DNA from: Butyrivibrio sp.
GTDB taxonomy: Bacteria; Bacillota; Clostridia; Lachnospirales; Lachnospiraceae
Length of the DNA: 32,925 nt
Reading direction: 5' to 3'
Assembly: GCA_051880015.1 (NCBI GenBank)
Contig: JBJEND010000223.1
Coordinates: 1-32,925, forward strand
Below, one piece after another: positions 26,170-32,925 of the stretch. The notes under the pieces were generated by a model, which did not search any database, had not been told where the DNA came from, and was given only the letters and a program-made list of their open reading frames with translations. A program made the position numbers and the translations under genes. Within the stretch, counting starts at the first letter, position 1, and every line of letters begins with the position of its first letter.

Positions 26170-27024
26170 ATGAAAAAGAAAAATGTTTTGTTAATTTTAT
26201 TAAGCTTTGTTTTAGCCCTGGGGTTATTTGCAGGATGCGCTAAGAAACAGACCAAGATTACCATTGCGGTGCCTAATGATACCACTAATGAAGCAAGAGC
26301 GTTGTTACTTCTTCAGGATCAGGGGTACATTACATTAAAGGAGGGTGCCGGTATTACCGCTACGGTAAGGGATATTGAGAAAAATCCATATAATATCGAA
26401 TTTAAGGAAATTGAAGCAGCACAGTTACCCAATGTTCTGAAAGATGTTGATTATGCCATAATCAATTCTAACTACGCTATTGAGGCAGGACTGAATCCGG
26501 TGAAAGATTCACTGGTTATTGAAGGTTCATCATCAGCTTACGGTAACATCCTGGCAGTTAAGGAAGGCAATGAAAATAACGATTTAATTAAGGCACTGAA
26601 AGCAGCCCTTGAAAGCAGTAAGGTGGCTGATTATATTGCCAAAGAATATGACGGAGCAGTAGTAAGCACGGTGGATAAACCGGGAGACGGTTATGATTCA
26701 TCACTGGATTATGACAAGCTTTCAGGCGCAACGGTTTCCATAGCCGCTTCACCTACTCCTCATGCAGAGATTCTTGCCATTGCAAAGGAAATACTTGCAG
26801 AGAAGAATATTACCCTTGATATTAAGGAATTTACAGATTACGTACAGCCTAACAACGTTGTGGAAAGCGGAGAACTGGATGCAAATTATTTCCAGCACGT
26901 CCCCTATCTTGATGATTTTAACAAGGAAAACGGAACTCATATAGTATCAGTAGCCGTTATTCATGTGGAACCCATGGGATTGTACGGAGGTAAACAGACA
27001 TCATTGGATGCAATTAAAAAATAA
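26170..27024 (+). CDS. metQ: MetQ/NlpA methionine-binding lipoprotein, circularly permuted
   Basis: Lipobox FAG-C; IAVPNDTTNEARAL, AIINSNYA, ASPTPHAEIL, DYVQPN, DANYFQH and HVEPMGLY motifs. Confidence 0.92.
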   Translation: MKKKNVLLILLSFVLALGLFAGCAKKQTKITIAVPNDTTNEARALLLLQDQGYITLKEGAGITATVRDIEKNPYNIEFKEIEAAQLPNVLKDVDYAIINSNYAIEAGLNPVKDSLVIEGSSSAYGNILAVKEGNENNDLIKALKAALESSKVADYIAKEYDGAVVSTVDKPGDGYDSSLDYDKLSGATVSIAASPTPHAEILAIAKEILAEKNITLDIKEFTDYVQPNNVVESGELDANYFQHVPYLDDFNKENGTHIVSVAVIHVEPMGLYGGKQTSLDAIKK

Positions 27025-27030
27025 CCATAT

Positions 27031-27059
27031 TGCGCCGGCTGGCATTTCAGTCCGGCGTA
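27031..27059 (+). other. Intercistronic stem-loop after metQ
   Basis: TGCGCCGG-CTG ... CAG-t-CCGGCGTA; hairpins after the binding-protein gene are typical of ABC operons. Confidence 0.55.
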
Positions 27060-27082
27060 TTTCATGATTAGGAGGATTAACC

Positions 27083-27847
27083 GTGATAGAAATCAAAAAT
27101 CTGTCTAAAACATTTACCGTTTCCGATGGCAGTGTTGAAGCACTTAAAAATATAAACCTTACCATACCTGACGGAGAGATATACGGAATTATAGGAATGA
27201 GCGGTGCGGGAAAAAGCACACTGGTACGCTGCATTAATATGCTGGAGCGCCCTACGGAGGGAAGCATTCTGATTGACGGAACAGATATGGGAAAACTTCC
27301 GGAGTCCCTGCTTCGCAAAGAAAGACGGAATATAACCATGATTTTTCAAGGCTTTAATCTTCTTATGCAGCGTAATTGTCTGAAGAATGTAAGTTTTCCC
27401 CTTGAATTGGCCGGGGTAAGACATAGTGAAGCCAAAAAAAGAGCGGCAGAGCTTCTTGAAATTGTTGGCCTTGGGGATAAAATGAAAAAATATCCGGCAC
27501 AGTTATCCGGAGGACAGCAGCAGCGTGTTGCCATAGCCCGTGCCCTGGCTACTCATCCCAAGATTCTTCTTTGCGATGAGGCCACCAGTGCCCTGGACCC
27601 CCGGACAACCCATTCCATTCTTTCGTTAATCCGTGAGCTTCATGACAAACTGGGACTTACGGTTATAATTATTACCCATCAGATGAGTGTAATAGAAGAG
27701 ATTTGTACAAGAGTGGCTATTTTGGATGACGGAACTGTTGCGGAGGAGGGCCCGGTGGATAGAATTTTTTCGGCACCGGCCTCAGAAGCTGCCAAAAGAC
27801 TTGTATATCCCCATATTATTGCTACGGAGGTAGAACGCCATGCTTAG
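27083..27847 (+). CDS. metN: Methionine ABC transporter ATPase lacking the C-terminal NIL domain
   Basis: GTG start with AGGAGG; GMSGAGKST, LSGGQQQRVAIARAL, LLCDEATSALDP, ITHQM; only 254 aa. Confidence 0.92.
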   Translation: MIEIKNLSKTFTVSDGSVEALKNINLTIPDGEIYGIIGMSGAGKSTLVRCINMLERPTEGSILIDGTDMGKLPESLLRKERRNITMIFQGFNLLMQRNCLKNVSFPLELAGVRHSEAKKRAAELLEIVGLGDKMKKYPAQLSGGQQQRVAIARALATHPKILLCDEATSALDPRTTHSILSLIRELHDKLGLTVIIITHQMSVIEEICTRVAILDDGTVAEEGPVDRIFSAPASEAAKRLVYPHIIATEVERHA

Positions 27848-28547
27848 TTCATTTTTTACATCTGAAGAATTTACGGAAGCCATTGAAATTGTAAAGACGG
27901 AATTTCCCATGGCTATATGGGAGACTGTTTATGTTACCCTTCTGTCTACTTTGTTTGCCATATTAATCGGAATGCCTCTGGGAATATTGCTGGTGGCAGG
28001 TGAAAACGGAAAAATAATCAAAGTGCCTAAGTGGATTCTCTCTATATTAAATGTAATAATTAATCTGTTGAGATCGATTCCGTTTCTTATTTTAATGATT
28101 CTGGTTTTTCCTATTACAAGGCTTATAGTGGGAACTGTTGTAGGTACTACGGCAACCATTGTTCCCCTTGTAGTGGCGGCCTTTCCCTTCATTGCCAGAC
28201 TTGTTGAAAGCAGCTTGAGGGAAATTAACCCTAATATTATTGAAACAGCACAGAGCATGGGCGCCAATCCGTTGCAGATTATCGTAAAAGTATTGATACC
28301 GGAAAGTCTGCCGTCATTACTTTCCAATGCGGCGATTGCCATTACCACAATTCTTGGATATTCTGCCATGAGCGGTATTATAGGAGGCGGAGGTCTGGGT
28401 AAAATTGCAATTAATTACGGATATTACAGGTATAAAAATCTTGTTATGATTTTTGCGGTTGTCTTACTCATTATTCTGGTACAGATTTTTCAAAGTGTGG
28501 GAACAAGGCTTGCCATACACACGGATAAAAGGCTCAAGAACAAATAG
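27840..28547 (+). CDS. metI: Methionine ABC transporter permease
   Basis: RSIPFLIL, PFIARLVE, SAM.G.IGGGGLG.IAI.YGY.R. Confidence 0.95.
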   Translation: MLSSFFTSEEFTEAIEIVKTEFPMAIWETVYVTLLSTLFAILIGMPLGILLVAGENGKIIKVPKWILSILNVIINLLRSIPFLILMILVFPITRLIVGTVVGTTATIVPLVVAAFPFIARLVESSLREINPNIIETAQSMGANPLQIIVKVLIPESLPSLLSNAAIAITTILGYSAMSGIIGGGGLGKIAINYGYYRYKNLVMIFAVVLLIILVQIFQSVGTRLAIHTDKRLKNK

Positions 28548-28556
28548 TCCAATTTA

Positions 28557-28585
28557 TTGCCTTTCAGTTATAAATGCGGTATAAT
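28557..28585 (+). promoter_or_regulatory. Sigma-A promoter
   Basis: TTGCCT, 17 bp, TATAAT upstream of the 28620 ORF. Confidence 0.6.
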
Positions 28586-28619
28586 GTGTATATAAAACAT
28601 TCGGAAAGAAGGCATTTTT

Positions 28620-29483
28620 TTGAAAGTCAGAAAGCGTACATTATTGCTGCTTGCATGTATTGTATGGATGATAGCGGGATTCAATGTACTGCGGATAGGA
28701 ATAATAACATATACAGGATATATTTCATGGATAAATATATGTCTGTCAGTGGCAGTATTTGTTGTATTCTGGTTTGCAGTATTTAACAGACTTACCGTGA
28801 AGCATACACGAAGAATACAGGCATATGAAGAGGAGAAACAGTTCTTTTTAAAATTCTTTGACGTTAAGTCTTTTTGCATAATGGCTGTTATGATTACGGG
28901 AGGAATATTAATAAGGACATTGAGACTTCTGCCGGACCGCTTTATAGCGGTTTTCTATACGGGCCTGGGAACAGCATTATTTCTCGCAGGAGTGAAATTC
29001 GGATGGAATTATATTAAATCAGGACAGGCATACCAAAATACCAAGGAGGATTATACAATGAAGAAAATAATGAATGCCGCAGTAGTTTATTTTGTCCTCG
29101 CCATGGCGGGAGGAGTATTTTTCAGGGAATTTACTAAGCTTCAGGATTTTACCGGAGCTACCACTTTAAGGGTGGTACATGTACATCTTTTGGTACTGGG
29201 AACACTTTTATGGCTGATTCTGGCAGTTGTCTGCAAAATAACGAATTTAAGTGACAACGGATTATTCAGAAAATTTTTTGTTATATATAACATTGCACTT
29301 CCGCTTATGGCGGTTACCATGCTGGCAAGAGGAATTGTTCAGGTAACCGGTAATGAAATAAGCCGTGGTATGAACGGAATGCTTTCCGGTATTGCAGGAA
29401 TATCCCATATAGGCATGGCAGTTTCCCTTGTGCTTCTGCTTATTTCCATTAAGAAGAATCTTGCACCGGCACAGACTGCTTAA
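28620..29483 (+). CDS. Membrane protein: 4-TM hypothetical domain fused in frame to a DUF2871-like protein (internal start 29058)
   Basis: Second half MKK...YF..AMAGGVFFREFTK...VHVHLLVLG...GIAGISH is DUF2871-like; an internal AAGGAGGA RBS precedes the in-frame ATG at 29058. Confidence 0.8.
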   Translation: MKVRKRTLLLLACIVWMIAGFNVLRIGIITYTGYISWINICLSVAVFVVFWFAVFNRLTVKHTRRIQAYEEEKQFFLKFFDVKSFCIMAVMITGGILIRTLRLLPDRFIAVFYTGLGTALFLAGVKFGWNYIKSGQAYQNTKEDYTMKKIMNAAVVYFVLAMAGGVFFREFTKLQDFTGATTLRVVHVHLLVLGTLLWLILAVVCKITNLSDNGLFRKFFVIYNIALPLMAVTMLARGIVQVTGNEISRGMNGMLSGIAGISHIGMAVSLVLLLISIKKNLAPAQTA

Positions 29484-29522
29484 TATGAATATAATATACC
29501 AAGCTGATTTTTGGCGGTTTAT

Positions 29523-29897
29523 ATGGAGATATATGTAGTTAAGCCTTATGATACCGTAGATGAAATTGCACTTACATATGGAATTCCCGTAAGCAATCTG
29601 ATATATGATAATCAACTTGTTTATCCTTACAGGCTGGCGGTGGGCCAGGCCCTGCTAATCAACAGCGGACAGGGACAGAGATATAAGGAAATAGTGAGTA
29701 ACGGTTATGCTTACCCATTTATAAGCAAATGGGTATTGGATAACACACTTCCTTATCTGTCGGAACTGTCCGTTTTTTCTTATGGTTTTACAGAGGATGG
29801 GGAGCCGGTTCTTACACTCACTCCCTTTGGAAAGGACGGAAAATTTAACAATAATCTTATCAGTGCCATTGTCAGAAATAAAATTTATATTGTATAA
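29523..29897 (+). pseudogene. Truncated LysM-GH18 spore peptidoglycan hydrolase (YaaH/SleL/YdhD-like)
   Basis: LysM (IYVVKPYDTVDEIA...NQL...LAVGQALLI), then the GH18 start NGYAYPFI...LPYLSELSVFSYGF. It stops after about 124 aa, before the catalytic DxE motif. Confidence 0.8.
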
Positions 29898-29900
29898 CTG

Positions 29901-31343
29901 TTATTCGGCATTAATACAGCCGGAGGTTAAATCTACCGTAATGGCAGGGCGGATACCAAAGCTTTCCACGCCCACTTCCCAGGTATAGATATTTTCCTCA
30001 CGGTAGCCATTTCCTACGAGATAGCACTGGCAGGAGTAGTTTTCAACCGGGTCACGCAGCCACCACATACATGCTGTAAGGCCAAAGCCTATACAGTAGT
30101 CATTATACCAGAAAGTGGTGTTTTTCTCTAATGATTCCGGAGTGGGGTCTGCCAGCAGGGATACATCTGCCTCTTTGAACCATTCAAGTTCATCCAGAGA
30201 TAAAAGAAAGACCTTATCCTGAGTAACTATCGTATCCGAATCAGAGATGTCATTACCTTTGGTTTCTATTGTAGTCTCCACAATGGCGGACAGTTCTTCA
30301 TCAGTGAAACCGTTTAAAAATCCCGCTTCGTGGTCATATCCGTTTTTGCCGTCTGCCATTGCCAAAGCTATGGGGGCCTGTCCTTCATATGTAACATTTC
30401 GTTTTGAGGAATTCAGCCAGGTCCTTATATTGGAATTTTCCCAACTGCTGTTGCCCCGGACATATGCCTGCAGTTCCAAATCCGTTTCAGCAGGGGAATC
30501 ACTGCCGTAATATTTTATATCATCTTTGTAGTTATATTTGCCGCTTTCGGCAGCATCAAATGCTTTAAATGTAAGTACATCCCGGGCCACCATAACGGCT
30601 TCCTTTCCGTCGTCGGAAATATGGAGTACCTGCCAGTAAATGTCTGCATCGTTATATCGACCGAATACTACCGTATCCCCTAACTGTACATCAGTCTGAA
30701 CATTGTCAGGCTTAGAGGAGGTTGTGGATTCTTCAGTGGTGTTAATCTCTGCCGGAGTCTGGGATGTGTTGTTTTCAGCAGAAGCTCCGGTAGTGGGACT
30801 GTCTTTGTCGTGGTTTTTATTTACTGAATTTATTATTAGTGCCACCGCAAGTATAATTACTACGGTAACCAGAACCCCTATTACAGGAATAATATATTTA
30901 TGTTTATTTTTATTCTTTGCCGGAGCGCTTACGGGAGGCGCATAAGGGGAGGCTGCTTCCCGGGCCTTAAGATTGTTAATGCTTCTTAAAAGCTCTTCAT
31001 GACTTCCTTTATCCGCATTCATCCACTGGTGGGCCATTAAAAAATATTCCAAAGATTTGGAAAGAACTACATCTTCCAGTTTATACACTATAATTGGGAT
31101 TGATTTGGTAACTGCCCTCTCAACCTCCCTGAGAACATGGGGAGATTTGTTGGCTTCTTCAGATAGAATTAGAAGCATTACATCAGACTTGTCTATTCCG
31201 GTTATGATTTCTGCAGCATATTCATATCCGGAACGGATATCCCTTGGAGCAAGAAAACATCTGTCTCCATTTGATTCAATGGCATTGCAAAGCTCATTGG
31301 CAATAGAAGCGTCTGTTGATGAATGGGATATAAATATATACAT
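29901..31343 (-). CDS. TIR domain + single TM + extracellular DUF6273-like domain protein
   Basis: IFISHSSTD...RDI..G..Y..EI...I....LLILS.....S.HV.REVE (TIR_2); TM YIIPVIGVLVTVVIILAVALII; S/T linker; GDTVVFGRY...IYWQVL, WENSNIRTWLN, DKVFLLS, WWLR, GIRPAI (DUF6273-like). Confidence 0.88.
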   Translation of the reverse strand: MYIFISHSSTDASIANELCNAIESNGDRCFLAPRDIRSGYEYAAEIITGIDKSDVMLLILSEEANKSPHVLREVERAVTKSIPIIVYKLEDVVLSKSLEYFLMAHQWMNADKGSHEELLRSINNLKAREAASPYAPPVSAPAKNKNKHKYIIPVIGVLVTVVIILAVALIINSVNKNHDKDSPTTGASAENNTSQTPAEINTTEESTTSSKPDNVQTDVQLGDTVVFGRYNDADIYWQVLHISDDGKEAVMVARDVLTFKAFDAAESGKYNYKDDIKYYGSDSPAETDLELQAYVRGNSSWENSNIRTWLNSSKRNVTYEGQAPIALAMADGKNGYDHEAGFLNGFTDEELSAIVETTIETKGNDISDSDTIVTQDKVFLLSLDELEWFKEADVSLLADPTPESLEKNTTFWYNDYCIGFGLTACMWWLRDPVENYSCQCYLVGNGYREENIYTWEVGVESFGIRPAITVDLTSGCINAE

Positions 31344-31493
31344 TTTATGTCTCTTCCTTTGTTTTTATTATTTTAATGATTAATATAGCAGATTTATATA
31401 ATAAAGTAAATAAATTATTTATTTTTATGGCGCGGAATACATAAAGTATGGTAACATATATTGTTGATAGGATGTTTATGAGGAGAATCTGAT

Positions 31494-32925
31494 ATGAAAT
31501 TAAGTGATTTACTCAAATATAAAAATGTTGTAATACAATGTCATAATAATCCTGATGCAGATGCCATTGCTTCCGGTTTTGGCGTGTATACATATTTTAA
31601 GAATAACGGAACAAATGTCCGACTTGTATATGCCGGATATAATACTATCAGTAAAGCCAATCTTTGCCTGATGGTGAACCTTTTAGAGATTCCCATTGAA
31701 TATGTTGACAGCCTGGATATGCCGGAATTGCTTATAACTGTTGACTGCCAGTATGGAGAGGGAAATGTTGACAGATTTGAGGCGGAAAATATTGCAGTAA
31801 TTGACCATCATCAGCCGGCAGAATCCCTGCCTGAGCTTTCCGTGATAAGAAGCAATATTGGTTCATGTTCCACTATTGTATGGGATATGCTCCGTAAGGA
31901 AGGCTTTGACATAAATACTCACAAAAACCTTACAACCGCATTATATTACGGATTACTGTGTGATACCAATAACTTCACTGAAATATCCCATCCTTTGGAT
32001 AAAGATTTAAGAGATGACATTTACTTTGAACGTAGTCTTGTTACCCGTTTTACCAATACCAATCTTTCCCTTAATGAACTTGTAATAGCGGGAAAGGCTC
32101 TTCTGGGTTATAGATATACGGATACATACCGTTTTGCAGTTGTTCAGGCTGAACCCTGTGATCCTAATATTTTAGGTATGATCAGCGATTTGATTCTGGA
32201 AGTTGATGTGGTGGATACATGTGTTGTATACAGTGTTTTACCCCAGGGGATTAAGTTGTCTGTAAGAAGCTGCATTAAGGATGTAAAGGCATGCGAACTG
32301 GCATCCGTTATTACGGAAGGCGTGGGAAACGGCGGAGGACATCTGGTTAAGGCAGGCGGATTTATTAAAAAAGATAATCTGCCATGCAGCTATGACCGGG
32401 TGGAAGAATTTTTTACAAACAGAATGAAGGATTATTTTGCCAATACCGAAATAATACATGCCGGAGAGTATAAGGCGGACATTTCAGATATGAAGTTATT
32501 TCGTAAAGCAGATGTGGTTCTGGGATATGTAAAGGCAGTTGATTTATTCCCATCCGGTACAAAGATTAATATAAGGACTCTTGAAGGGGATATAGATGTT
32601 ATTGTTGAGGATGATATTTATATTATGATAGGTATCCGGGGAGAGGTATATCCAATCCGCAAAGAAAAGTTTGACAGAAGTTATACCCATGTTGATGAGG
32701 AATATATTTTTAAAGGTGAATATGAGCCTGTAATCAGGGATACGGCGGCCGGAAAAGTACTTTCCGTTGTACCTTACGCCAAAGCCTGTATTGCCACGGG
32801 AATCGTGGAGATATATGTCCGTCCTCTTACCCACAGGGTTAAAGTGTTTACTGCATGGGACGAAGAGAAGTATATGCTTGGACAGACAGGGGACTATCTG
32901 GCAATAAGAAAAGATGACTTGCATG
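31494..32925 (+). CDS. DHH/DHHA1 family phosphoesterase with C-terminal extension (partial, runs off the window; not in the ORF track)
   Basis: RBS GAGGAG; CHNNPDADAIASG, LITVD, VIDHH, GLLCDT, SVRS, GGGH...AGG; the C-terminus has G.RGEVYPI...KF..SY and GQTGDYLA segments. Confidence 0.9.
   Translation, partial: MKLSDLLKYKNVVIQCHNNPDADAIASGFGVYTYFKNNGTNVRLVYAGYNTISKANLCLMVNLLEIPIEYVDSLDMPELLITVDCQYGEGNVDRFEAENIAVIDHHQPAESLPELSVIRSNIGSCSTIVWDMLRKEGFDINTHKNLTTALYYGLLCDTNNFTEISHPLDKDLRDDIYFERSLVTRFTNTNLSLNELVIAGKALLGYRYTDTYRFAVVQAEPCDPNILGMISDLILEVDVVDTCVVYSVLPQGIKLSVRSCIKDVKACELASVITEGVGNGGGHLVKAGGFIKKDNLPCSYDRVEEFFTNRMKDYFANTEIIHAGEYKADISDMKLFRKADVVLGYVKAVDLFPSGTKINIRTLEGDIDVIVEDDIYIMIGIRGEVYPIRKEKFDRSYTHVDEEYIFKGEYEPVIRDTAAGKVLSVVPYAKACIATGIVEIYVRPLTHRVKVFTAWDEEKYMLGQTGDYLAIRKDDLH

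Noticed and set aside
29901-30700. Diversity-generating retroelement target
   Set aside because: No reverse transcriptase and no template-repeat copy of the C-terminal region is visible in the window.
29901-31343. Thoeris defence operon
   Set aside because: There is no ThsA (SIR2/Macro-SLOG) partner, and the TIR is membrane-anchored with an ectodomain.

Overview
AT-rich Clostridia-like (probably Lachnospiraceae; inferred from gene content and Shine-Dalgarno style) chromosomal accessory region. From left to right it holds the tail of a probable LuxR gene, a lipoprotein, and a multi-TM LuxR regulator divergent from a lipoprotein that combines an RsgI/SEAL-like domain with ten CxxCxGxG zinc-finger repeats. 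Next come a GC-rich 72-bp palindromic tandem array, a small XRE regulator, a wall-anchored repeat protein with an HFS motif, a YbjN-like protein and a CotH kinase. The centre is a c-di-GMP-I riboswitch followed by a synthase-type exopolysaccharide cluster (alpha/alpha glycoside hydrolase, membrane partner, processive GT2, bactofilin-like/LRR fusion, MBOAT plus DHHW O-acylation pair, wecB). This runs directly into an agrB-agrA-agrC-agrD quorum-sensing locus (agrD is absent from the ORF track) and a 1361-aa secreted VWA/lipase/Ig/CBM3 protein. The right end has a metQNI operon with a circularly permuted MetQ and a NIL-less MetN, a stop-loss DUF2871 fusion, a decayed LysM-GH18 spore gene, a membrane-anchored TIR-DUF6273 receptor-like gene and a DHH phosphoesterase running off the window. 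The best candidate for an undescribed system is the c-di-GMP riboswitch / ManNAc-EPS / agr locus. All family assignments come from motif recognition by eye; no searches were run.
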